This document shows, piece after piece, positions 37,710 to 45,845 of a stretch of 45,845 nucleotides of DNA. Every line of letters begins with the position of its first letter. The stretch's first letter is position 1. The position numbers and the translations under genes are program-made. Origin of the DNA: Syntrophobacterales bacterium GWC2_56_13. Its GTDB lineage: Bacteria; Desulfobacterota; Syntrophia; Syntrophales; UBA5619. The notes under the pieces are model-generated. The model searched no databases, was not told the origin of the DNA, and was given only the letters and a program-made list of their open reading frames with translations. The stretch is taken from assembly GCA_001830835.1 (NCBI GenBank), contig MICJ01000108.1, positions 1 through 45,845 on the forward strand, given 5' to 3'.

Positions 37710-38891
37710 TCAAACCAGCCAGGATGCCGGGTCCTTGCTGAAGAACGCTTCGAGAGGAATTCCCTGGCCCCCGACGAGGAGTGCACGCGCCTTGGGATAG
37801 CGGTCGCGGAAGCGCGTCAGGCCGGTGGCCTTGCCGCTGCGGCCGCTCTTCACCTCGATGGCCCAGATGTCCCGCCCCCTGGCGACCACGTAATCGACCT
37901 CGTGCCCACCCTCCCGCCAGTAGGAGATTTCGTATTCCACCGAATAGAGACTGTTGCACAGACAGGCGCCGACGGCATTTTCCACCAGCCGCCCTCACCA
38001 AATCGTATCGTTTAGGGAATCGGCAAAAGTTCGCGTGGAAAGCGCATTGACCAGGGCGTTGTTCCAGAGGACCAGCTTCGGGCTGCTTCCGCGCTTTCGC
38101 TGTTTCCCCCTGGAGAACAGCTCCAGGCCGCTCGCCAGAAAGGCCGTTTCGAGAAGCTTCAGGTAATGGGCCAACGTCGTGGTGTTCCCCGCATCATGGA
38201 GTTGGCCGAGCATCTTGTTATAGGAGACGGATTGGGCCGGAAGGGTGGCCGCCAGGGCGAAGAGATGGCGCAGAAGGACCGGCTTGGCGATTTTGCTCAT
38301 TTGGAGCACATCGCGGGCGAGGACTGTTTCGATGAGGGAGTCTGCGATGTAGCGCTTCCAGGAGGATTCGTTTTCCGTGAAAGATGCGTCCCCTGGATAG
38401 CCGCCGAAGTAGATCCACTGCTCCAGGCTCCAGCCGAAGGCGGTGCGGCACTCTGGATACCCCCAGTGATTGCACCGATGAAGGAAGAAGCGGCCGGCTA
38501 GGCTCGACAGCCCTTCCTGCATGAGAAGCGATGACGATCCGAGGATCAGGACGCGGATCTCCGGCATTTTCGGACGGCTATCCCATAGGAGCTTGAGGGT
38601 CTCGCTCCATCCCCGCACCTTCTGCACCTCGTCTAGGATGAGGAGAATCGGGCCACCCGGCGGGGCGCCTTCGGCCATGGCGCGCCGCCATTGGGTTTCG
38701 ATCCAGGCCGAATCGAGGGGAACCGGACTGTCGGCGGTGGCATAGACAGTCGGAATGCCGATGGATTCCTCAATCCGGCGGGCGATGGTGGTTTTTCCCA
38801 CCTGCCGGGGACCGATCAGGACATGGATAACACGGGCAGGCCGCGAAAGCTCCGTATGCAGGATCGATAAGAGGGGCCGTTCATATTTCAT
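37710..38891 (-). pseudogene. COG1373-type AAA+ ATPase (DUF4143) interrupted by one in-frame TGA
   Basis: The 298-aa ORF has the Walker A LIGPRQVGKTT, LILDEVQ and DUF4143-like text. The 91-aa ORF (VENAVGACL...YWREGGHEVDYVV...IEVKSG) is the family C-terminus. Both are in the same frame and read ...DTIW-TGA-GRLVENAVG (stop at 37995-37997). Confidence 0.8.
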
Positions 38892-38931
38892 AACACTATT
38901 ATATCAAATGACTTCAACCGATGCAATAAAC

Positions 38932-38960
38932 TTTACTCAATGAATGAGTAAAATTACTCA
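38932..38960. promoter_or_regulatory. Operator-like inverted repeat plus a third half-site upstream of the COG1373 pseudogene
   Basis: TTTACTCA-atgaa-TGAGTAAA (perfect 8-bp arms) is immediately followed by ATTACTCA, in an AT-rich intergenic region. Confidence 0.3.
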
Positions 38961-39168
38961 ACTATCTACTACCAAGGCAAGATTATTAGTCTCGTCATGC
39001 CAACCAACAGCGAAGCAAGGGTAATCAGTAAACATTTCGAATCGCATTCAATGACCCGACCGATCATCCCACATCTCGCTTTGTATTTGCAACTGAGTGA
39101 GGAAGTAATCCTCAGAATTTGCCCTCGAAATTTTTTTCACGCTGCGTTCATCGTCAGAATCGCCTCGT

Positions 39169-40269
39169 TCAGGGATTACCGACGATCTTTATGCTTACGG
39201 TCACATTTCCATCCGGAACGGCAAGGAGGCTCTTTTCCAGGTTCACCCTGCCGATCGCTTCGAGTCGATCCAGGAACGCGGCGACGCTCTGCGCTGCCAT
39301 TTCAGCCTTCAGGAATTCTCCTCCCTCGCGATGCCGCCTCTCGATGATCCGGGCGTTGATTTCACCGAGGCGCTCTTCGATCTTCCGGACGGCGACATAC
39401 GTATCCCTGACCTGAATCGTCAGGTCAATGGCTGATCGCTTGATGTCTGCTGCAGCCGTCAATCGTGACGGGGCAAGCGCGGACGTCATTTTTCCGCTTT
39501 CCCCGGTCGCGGCGTCGGTATCGGCCATCTTCTCTTTCCGTTTCTGTTCCGGCAGGAGAGTTTCAAGCGCCTTGTCGGCCTCCTGCTTTCCGGCCCCGTC
39601 CTGCGCCTTGCTCAACGCCTCCGCTCCGACCGGCGGACCCTCCTTTTCTCTCGCCGCCATGACCGGAGCCGCGGGTTTCATGGCCGATGGACGTTCTTCT
39701 TTTATCGGCGCTCGTGAATCGGCTATCCTGTGCGCTTTCTCCCCGTTTTCGATCGGGGGGGCGACAAACCGCTGCCAGTTCTTTTCGGGAAGATCCCCGG
39801 CGGGCGCCCGCTTGGCCGGTGTGACGGCAGAAGGGGCTACGCGAGCTTGGGGGGATTCAGCCGTGACCTGGCCCTTCCCGAGTTCGGTCAGGGGGATGGG
39901 AAGCGGCGCCAGTTGTTTCATTTCCGGCTCGTCTTTCTGGTAGACATAGAAGACAAGGACGGCAACGAGAAGCGTGGCCAGGGCCTGGATGGGAATCTTC
40001 ATGTGCAGCGGATAGAAGAACTTCCGGAAGATCCCCTGTTTCTGCCCGGCCTCTTCCCTGACCCGGGACATGATCCTCTCCTCGAAGAAAGGCGGAGGTT
40101 CCAACTCTCCGAGGCCGTGCACAAGCTCTTCCGCTTTCTTCAGGTCCGCAAAGGCCCGGCCGCAACGGGGACAGGAGGCAAGATGGCCCGCGATGTCTTT
40201 TTTCTCTTCCGGGGAGAGGAGATCCTCCAGGTAGGCCGGAAGCCGATTTTCGATCTCGCCGCACGTCAT
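39169..40269 (-). CDS. Membrane-spanning anti-sigma factor (zf-HC2 type)
   Basis: MTCGEIENRLPAYLEDLLSPEEKKDIAGHLASCPRCGRAF is an HxxxCxxC anti-sigma N-terminal domain. It has one TM helix (IPIQALATLLVAVLVFYV). It overlaps the ECF sigma gene stop by 4 nt. Confidence 0.8.
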   Translation of the reverse strand: MTCGEIENRLPAYLEDLLSPEEKKDIAGHLASCPRCGRAFADLKKAEELVHGLGELEPPPFFEERIMSRVREEAGQKQGIFRKFFYPLHMKIPIQALATLLVAVLVFYVYQKDEPEMKQLAPLPIPLTELGKGQVTAESPQARVAPSAVTPAKRAPAGDLPEKNWQRFVAPPIENGEKAHRIADSRAPIKEERPSAMKPAAPVMAAREKEGPPVGAEALSKAQDGAGKQEADKALETLLPEQKRKEKMADTDAATGESGKMTSALAPSRLTAAADIKRSAIDLTIQVRDTYVAVRKIEERLGEINARIIERRHREGGEFLKAEMAAQSVAAFLDRLEAIGRVNLEKSLLAVPDGNVTVSIKIVGNP

Positions 40270-40916
40270 TTCAGATCACCGAATACCCGGAGAAGTCTGT
40301 CTTTCAGGGCGTTTCTGGTCCGGAAGAGCCGCGACCTGACCGTTCCCTGGGGCAGTTTCAGCATCATACCGATCTCTTCGTAAGAAAAGCCCTGGATGTC
40401 CCGAAGGACCAGGACTTCCCTCTGTTCGCCGTCGAGGGAGCCGATGCATTCCTGAACCTTCGCGTCCCGCTCCCGCTTTTCGAGCCGCTCGACAACCGAC
40501 TCCTCCTGGGAACGGGGCTCGTTCAGGAAACTTCCGCCTTCCGATTTCACGGGATCATCGAGCGACCCTGCCTCGTGGCGCGAACGGGCGGTCTTCCGCT
40601 TTATATGACTTCTCGAATGATTCAGGACGATGCCGCAGAGCCAGGTGGAGAACCGGGCATCTCCCCGGAATTTTCCGATCGCCCGGTAGGCGGAGAGGAA
40701 GGCCTCCTGCACCACATCGCAGGCCTCGTCGTAGTCGCCGATCATTCTGTAGGCGATGTTGAGCATCTTCTTCTGGTGCCTCCTGACCAGGACCGAGAAT
40801 GCTTCGGTCTCGCCCCGCTGGCAGCTTGCGACAAAACCGGCGTCATCATCCCCGATGGTCCGGTTCTGCGCACCCACTGGATCAGGGTTCTGCGGCAAGG
40901 CGTTTACTCCTGTCAT
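40266..40916 (-). CDS. ECF-family RNA polymerase sigma factor (RpoE-like)
   Basis: Region 2 reads FSVLVRRHQKKMLNIAYRMIGDYDEACDVVQEAFLSAYRAIGKFRGDARFSTWLCGIVLN. Region 4 reads REVLVLRDIQGFSYEEIGMMLKLPQGTVRSRLFRTRNALK. The start is taken as ATG 40916, which is uncertain. The track start is GTG 40985. Confidence 0.88.
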   Translation of the reverse strand: MTGVNALPQNPDPVGAQNRTIGDDDAGFVASCQRGETEAFSVLVRRHQKKMLNIAYRMIGDYDEACDVVQEAFLSAYRAIGKFRGDARFSTWLCGIVLNHSRSHIKRKTARSRHEAGSLDDPVKSEGGSFLNEPRSQEESVVERLEKRERDAKVQECIGSLDGEQREVLVLRDIQGFSYEEIGMMLKLPQGTVRSRLFRTRNALKDRLLRVFGDLK

Positions 40917-41024
40917 AGCGTGCGGAGCGAGGCAATCCTGTAAATAGACGTTACATTTTAAGGCTAACACGTTGCTCAGCTCCACGCAATGATAGAAAAC
41001 CCGTCGTTCCCATCTCGCGCCCTC

Positions 41025-41861
41025 TCAGGGACGAAAGCTCAGCGGAGGCGGGGCGGCGTAACCGTCATTGTCCCAGAAGCGGTTGGGCGGGCGGCGGGGC
41101 AGCTTGGCGCATTCAACCACCCCCAATTTACAGAGGGTCGAACGCCACTCGTACTTGAGGTAGATGGTTTCCGTCGCCCATTTCTCCGGCTCGAAGGCCA
41201 CGATCTGCGAGGGGGAATACTCATCCCGGCCATAGCCGGTGCCGGCGCTCTCCAGCGCCTGTTCCGACCGGGCGTCCTTTTCCTTCATCAGCTTGCCGGC
41301 GGTTTCTGCTTTGTCGGCCGAACCTTCCGCCTTGCCTTCATAGCCGCGTGGGAAGGAGGGGGGTGCCTGGAACAGGGGTTTCGGCAGTTCGCAGCGCCGC
41401 ACCTCGGGATAGACCGCCACGGCGATCACCCCCATAGCGCTCTCGTCGCCGAAGGCCGCGGCGTAGGAGTCGGGTACGTCGGTGAAGTAGAAACGGTTGA
41501 TGTGATCCTGGGTTGTGCGCCAGCCCGCAAATTCTCCCGAACTGTATGGTTCCAGGATGTACATGCGCTCGCTGTTCTTCAGCCAGGATTTCGTGCCGCT
41601 GATGATGTTGCGGCCATCCACCGCGATGACCAGCCCGACCCGCCGGTTGAGACGGTTCTTCACCTCGATGCGGTAGTGGTCCCCTTTGATCGCCTCGGCG
41701 TACACCTTGCGCACGCCATGGCGCATTTTCACCGGGTAGGTCGGCAACGTCCGGCCGTCATCGGTCACGATCCGCACCTCCACGGCGTCCCCGACGCCCC
41801 CTGCCCACGCGCTTGCCGTGCACACCACGATTGCCAGAATGACGATTGCAATGGTCTTCAT
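41025..41861 (-). CDS. Secreted hypothetical protein, first gene of the ECF operon
   Basis: It has the signal peptide MKTIAIVILAIVVCTASAWA and AAGGAGGAG upstream. I recognise no family. The overlapping 364-aa + ORF is an antisense artefact. Confidence 0.6.
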   Translation of the reverse strand: MKTIAIVILAIVVCTASAWAGGVGDAVEVRIVTDDGRTLPTYPVKMRHGVRKVYAEAIKGDHYRIEVKNRLNRRVGLVIAVDGRNIISGTKSWLKNSERMYILEPYSSGEFAGWRTTQDHINRFYFTDVPDSYAAAFGDESAMGVIAVAVYPEVRRCELPKPLFQAPPSFPRGYEGKAEGSADKAETAGKLMKEKDARSEQALESAGTGYGRDEYSPSQIVAFEPEKWATETIYLKYEWRSTLCKLGVVECAKLPRRPPNRFWDNDGYAAPPPLSFRP

Positions 41862-41895
41862 GATCTGCTCCTCCTTTTAAGTTGTCTTTGTAACC

Positions 41896-41924
41896 TTAGA
41901 CAGGAGGAGGCAGAGAAAAGTTCC
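41896..41924 (-). promoter_or_regulatory. ECF (sigma-E-type) promoter
   Basis: The minus strand shows GGAACTT (41924-41918), a 17-nt spacer and TCTAA (41900-41896), about 35 nt upstream of ATG 41861. This matches the GGAACTT-N16/17-TCnnA consensus of RpoE-like sigma factors. Confidence 0.6.
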
Positions 41925-42202
41925 CGGAAAGTTTTTTTGCGTTATGCATCAGGAGGCGCGGGGCTTCCTGGCGGCCCTGGACGCCGGCTTTCAGGCAACC
42001 TCGTGGAGGTTCATCGCTGTTTCAAGGCAGAGATTTCGGTTGAAATTACTTTTTCCTTCGGAAGGCTTGGGTGCCTGGTCTAGGCGCTGGAGAAAGCGGA
42101 ACGCCGGGCCGCCCACATCAAGGGGCAGGACGGCGCCAGCGGTCAGGTTTCGCTAATCGATGATCACTCGTATCTTTCCCAAAAGGAATTGGACCGATCC
42201 TC

Positions 42203-43765
42203 TTATACCTTCCGTTCTCGACTTCCCCAATAACGGACCCGCAGATCCCTTTTCAATATCTTTCCATAGTTATTCTTGGGCAGCTCATCTATAAAGTCCA
42301 CCGATCGAGGCTTTTTGTAACCGGCAATGTGATTCTTGCAAAAAGCGATCAACTCCTCCGCCGTAACCGACCGTCCTTCCACAAGGGATACAACCGCCTT
42401 GACAGCCTCTCCCCATTGGGGATCGGGGACCCCGATCACGGCGACCTCCCGAACGGCCGGATGTTGGATGAGGACTTCTTCGATCTCCCGGGGATAGATA
42501 TTCTCTCCCCCGCTGATGATCATGTCCTTTGAACGATCCATGATGAACAGATAGCCCTTCTCATCCATATACCCCACATCCCCGGTATGAAGCCATCCCC
42601 CCTTGAGAGCGGCTTTTGTCGCTTCGGGGTTCCGCCAGTACCCCCTCATCACGAAATCCGAGCGGGTCACAATTTCCCCCGTCTCCCCGGGCGGGAGTTC
42701 CCTGTCTTCCCCGTCAAAGGTCTTTACCTCCACATCCGTTCGCGAGAAACCGGCAGAGGCAAGGCGTTTCATCTGCTCAGGAGACCCATCCAACACATGG
42801 TCGCTATGGGGCAGATAGGTGATGGTCATAGGCGATTCGGCCTGCCCGTATAATTGCACGAGGCAAGGCCCCAGCTTTGCCATCGCCTTCTTCAGGTCTT
42901 CAACCAGCATGGGCGCACCGCCATAATTGAGGGCCCTCATGGAAGTGTGGTCATACCTGTCCGCATGAGGGCTCTCGATCATCAATTTGATCATGGTCGG
43001 GGCGGCAAACATGTTGGTCACACGATGGTCCTGAATGGATTTAAAGATGAGCTCGGGATCAAAGGACTTTGACGGCAAGATGACGTTTGCCGCGCCTTTG
43101 GCCACATTGGGCAGAGCATAGAGGCCGCTTCCATGGGAAAGAGGCGCGGCGTGCAAGATGGCGTCATCCGGACCGAACCCCGGACAGATATCCGCAAAGA
43201 AGTTCATGGTCATTGCCAACAGATTTCGATGGGTCAGCATGACTCCCTTGGGTTGGCCCGTCGTCCCTGAAGTATAGAAGAGCCACGCGAGATCATCGGG
43301 ATGAACCCCCACGTCCGAAAACCTATCGGAACCCTTTGAGATGAGGTCTTCATAATCCAGGAGCTCGCCCTCTGCACCCGATAAGGCAATAAGATGGCGG
43401 GCGTTTGGAAAATGTTCTCGTACTTCGATGATCGGCCCATTGAACTCCGGAGACAGGATCACCGCCTCAGCCTCGGAGTGGTCGATAATAAAAGAAACCT
43501 CTTTGGGATGGAGCCGCCAGTTGATGGGGACCGCCCCATATCCGGCCTTGAAACAAGCGAACATTGATTCCAGCATCTCGGGGTAATTATATTGAAGCAA
43601 AGCCACTTTGCCCCCCTGTCTGACGCCCAGATGGTTCAAGGCATTTGCCAGCCGATTCACCCTGGCGTTGAACTGAGCGTAAGACAGTTTCCTTGGCCCG
43701 TGGACGATCGCCGGCCTATCAGGAAATGTCCTGGCCGTCTTTGTCAAGAGATTGCCGATATTCAT
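42203..43765 (-). CDS. AMP-dependent acyl-CoA synthetase/ligase
   Basis: It carries LFYTSGTTGQPKGVMLTH (AMP-binding motif), YGQAE, GWLHTGDVGYMDE.GY and ISGGENIYPREIE. The start is ATG 43765 (MNIGNLL) with GGAGGA upstream. Confidence 0.88.
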   Translation of the reverse strand: MNIGNLLTKTARTFPDRPAIVHGPRKLSYAQFNARVNRLANALNHLGVRQGGKVALLQYNYPEMLESMFACFKAGYGAVPINWRLHPKEVSFIIDHSEAEAVILSPEFNGPIIEVREHFPNARHLIALSGAEGELLDYEDLISKGSDRFSDVGVHPDDLAWLFYTSGTTGQPKGVMLTHRNLLAMTMNFFADICPGFGPDDAILHAAPLSHGSGLYALPNVAKGAANVILPSKSFDPELIFKSIQDHRVTNMFAAPTMIKLMIESPHADRYDHTSMRALNYGGAPMLVEDLKKAMAKLGPCLVQLYGQAESPMTITYLPHSDHVLDGSPEQMKRLASAGFSRTDVEVKTFDGEDRELPPGETGEIVTRSDFVMRGYWRNPEATKAALKGGWLHTGDVGYMDEKGYLFIMDRSKDMIISGGENIYPREIEEVLIQHPAVREVAVIGVPDPQWGEAVKAVVSLVEGRSVTAEELIAFCKNHIAGYKKPRSVDFIDELPKNNYGKILKRDLRVRYWGSRERKV

Positions 43766-43875
43766 GTGTCCTCCGCGTTGCAGATACCTTTCGGGGTTTT
43801 GCGCGGGAGAAGCCGCACTATGGAAACCATCCGTTTCGCGGCTGGAAAGCCGCTCCCACAAAGGGAGTGCCTCCT

Positions 43876-45845
43876 TTATTTGAGCGGTTTCTTTTCAATC
43901 TGGACGAGGCATGTGCTCCCGGTAAAGGCGCCGCCCGGGGACTTTTGGTCCCGGGTCAGGACGTTCACGCAGCCGCCGTGGTCGAGCCCCTGGGCATCAG
44001 GGCGGTACCACGCGCCCTGGTCCAGGCTCGCGACCCCCTTCAGGATGCGCTCCGTGACCTTGACTGTGGCGAGGAGCTGGCCGCGGCCGTTGTAGACTCG
44101 AACCGAGTCGCCGGTGGCGATGCCCCGGGGTTCCGCGTCCGCGGGGTTGAGCCAGAGGATGTCGTCCGCAAGGGCTTTCATCCGCTGAACGTTGTCCCCC
44201 TGGGAGTTGATCCTGCCCTTCGAGTGGGGGCTCACAAGCTGAAGAGGGTAGGTCTCGGCCAGCGGGTCGCCCGGCCCCTCCCAGGGGGGGATGTACGTGG
44301 GAATGGGGGGGATCAGGGGATTCTTCATGTCGGCCAGGATCTGGCTGTAGATCTCGATCTTTCCGGACGGGGTCCGGAAGGGGTTTCGGGCGGGGTTCTC
44401 GATCTGCTCGCGAAACGCCACGTAGGGCCCGTCGAGCTCCACCCGGTGCACGCCCTGCTCCCTGAGGGTCTCATACGCCGGCAGGCCCGGGGTGGCGGCC
44501 ACGAATGCCCGGAGCCACTCCTCGTCGGACTTGGGATTGTAGTCGGCCAGGCCCAGCCGGGAGGCGAGCTCGGAGAAGACGGACAGATCCGACCGCGTGC
44601 CCGGCAGCGGGTCCAGGGCCTTCCCCATGTGGATGAAGTAAGGTCCGCCCGCCCACGGCTGACCCACATCCTCCCGCTCCAGGAAATGAGTGACAGGCAG
44701 GATGATGTCGGCGTGCCGGGCCGTGGGGGTGAGGAAGAGCTCGTGGGCCACGATGAACTCAGGCGCTTTCAAGGCCTGTACGCCTTTGTTGACATTCAGG
44801 AACTGGTTCAGGAAGTTGCTGGCGACCACGTAGAGGAGCTTGATATCGCTCGGGTAGCCGCCCGCCTTTCCCCGGAGTAGCGCGTCATAGAGCTCGGTCA
44901 CGTGGACGGAGGGGTTCTCGCCCTTGGGCACGGGAAACGACTGGGCCAAGTTGCCCAGGGGCATGATGCCGGTGCCGCCGCCGACGTAGCCCCCCTTGAC
45001 GCCGATGTTCCCCGTCATGGCGGCGAGCACCTGGGCGGCCCGGTGGAACTGCTCGCCGAACGCGCTGCGGCCGGGGGCCCACCCCGCGCATAAGGCTGCC
45101 GGCTTTGCGCCCGCATACTCCCGGGCGAGCCGCTCCGCCGTCGGGGCCGGCACCCCGGTGATGCGCTCCGCCCAGCCGGGGGTCTTCGGCTCCCCGTCCT
45201 CCTTGCCCGTCACGTAGTCCCGAAAAGCCTCGAAGCCCGAGGTGTAGGCGTCAACGAACCGGTGGTCGTAGAGGTCCTCGGCGATCATGACGTGCGCCAT
45301 GGCAATGAGAAGCGCCGCATCGGTTCCGGGCCGGATGGGGATCCACTCGTCGGCCAGCGCCTTGGCCGAAGGGGTTTGGCGGGGATCCACGCAGAGGACC
45401 CGGGCGCCTCTTTTTCTGACCTCTTCGAGGTAGCACGCCGTGTCCGGGCCGAACCGCGTCACCTCCGGGTTCCAACCCCAGAAGAGGATCAGCCGAGAGT
45501 GGAGCAGGGTGTCCCGGGTCGCGCCCGTAATGGCCGAGCCGAAGGTCGCCCGGGAGGCGAAGATCGCCGCCTCCAGGGAGGTGTTTCCCCGGGGCGTCGT
45601 ACATCTTCCAAAGAGCGCGAAAAACCGCCGCGCCGCCTTTCCAGCGTCGTGAAGCGCGCCAATGGCCCCTCGGGAGTCCATGAGGAAAATCGAGTGGGAC
45701 CCATGTTGCTCCTTGACCCGGCTGAGTTCCCCGCACACGGCGCCCAGGGCCTCATCCCAGGAGATGGGTTCGAAGGCCCCACTGCCCCGCTCGCCCACGC
45801 GCTTGAGGGGCTCGGTTAGGCGGTCCGGGGCGTGCACCACGTGCC
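43876..45845 (-). CDS. Molybdopterin (bis-MGD) oxidoreductase catalytic subunit, DMSO-reductase superfamily. The N-terminus is outside the window.
   Basis: The text is typical of the family: [38 protein letters not shown] and the C-terminal beta-barrel GD.V.V.N.RG.L. The frame is open to the right edge. Confidence 0.85.
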   Translation of the reverse strand, partial: HVVHAPDRLTEPLKRVGERGSGAFEPISWDEALGAVCGELSRVKEQHGSHSIFLMDSRGAIGALHDAGKAARRFFALFGRCTTPRGNTSLEAAIFASRATFGSAITGATRDTLLHSRLILFWGWNPEVTRFGPDTACYLEEVRKRGARVLCVDPRQTPSAKALADEWIPIRPGTDAALLIAMAHVMIAEDLYDHRFVDAYTSGFEAFRDYVTGKEDGEPKTPGWAERITGVPAPTAERLAREYAGAKPAALCAGWAPGRSAFGEQFHRAAQVLAAMTGNIGVKGGYVGGGTGIMPLGNLAQSFPVPKGENPSVHVTELYDALLRGKAGGYPSDIKLLYVVASNFLNQFLNVNKGVQALKAPEFIVAHELFLTPTARHADIILPVTHFLEREDVGQPWAGGPYFIHMGKALDPLPGTRSDLSVFSELASRLGLADYNPKSDEEWLRAFVAATPGLPAYETLREQGVHRVELDGPYVAFREQIENPARNPFRTPSGKIEIYSQILADMKNPLIPPIPTYIPPWEGPGDPLAETYPLQLVSPHSKGRINSQGDNVQRMKALADDILWLNPADAEPRGIATGDSVRVYNGRGQLLATVKVTERILKGVASLDQGAWYRPDAQGLDHGGCVNVLTRDQKSPGGAFTGSTCLVQIEKKPLK

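Noticed and set aside
37995-37997. In-frame TGA as a selenocysteine codon
   Set aside because: The COG1373 family is not known to use Sec, the position is not a catalytic Cys context, and I see no convincing SECIS-like hairpin just downstream. A nonsense mutation in a decaying island is the simpler reading.
23130-38960. Calling the accessory block a mobile element, prophage or ICE
   Set aside because: I could find no integrase, transposase, conjugation or phage structural genes, no terminal inverted repeats, and no flanking direct repeats or tRNA target. Only island status is supportable.
40989-42083. 364-aa + strand ORF
   Set aside because: It is antisense to the 278-aa secreted protein gene, which has a signal peptide, a strong SD and an ECF promoter. 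The + ORF has junk composition and runs through the promoter region.
43693-44880. 395-aa + strand ORF
   Set aside because: It is antisense to the molybdopterin oxidoreductase and overlaps the acyl-CoA ligase start. It has no motifs.

Overview
This 45.8-kb window comes from a high-GC chromosome. Gene content (HdrL-type HdrA fusion, ADP-forming acyl-CoA synthetase, molybdopterin oxidoreductase) suggests an anaerobic deltaproteobacterium or syntroph, but that is only a guess. Positions 1-23.0 kb and 39.2-45.8 kb are ordinary core genome. The left block holds hdrA-like, an ion transporter, engB, RNase P RNA, tRNA-Met, the dnaG-rpoD operon, a hisI-G-B-A cluster, ktrAB, lspA and ileS. The right block holds an ECF sigma/anti-sigma operon, an acyl-CoA ligase and a Mo-oxidoreductase. 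Between ileS and the ECF operon (about 23.2-38.9 kb) lies a visibly more AT-rich accessory block, entirely on the minus strand, that reads as a defence island. It contains a COG1373 ATPase broken by an in-frame TGA and an intact AbiEi/AbiEii toxin-antitoxin pair. It also contains a type I R-M locus in which hsdM has a lost N-terminus and two frameshifts, hsdR has an internal deletion with a frameshift, and hsdS carries an extra 206-aa C-terminal domain. A DUF45/YgjP metallohydrolase follows. At the distal end is an intact pair: a 1006-aa SNF2 helicase followed 23 nt later by a 501-aa Hsp70/actin-fold ATPase. I cannot place this pair in any named defence system, so it is my top candidate for an undescribed system. 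No CRISPR array, integrase or transposase was seen. Many long ORFs in the supplied track are antisense artefacts of GC-rich genes. All homology calls come from motif recognition by eye, and no searches were run.
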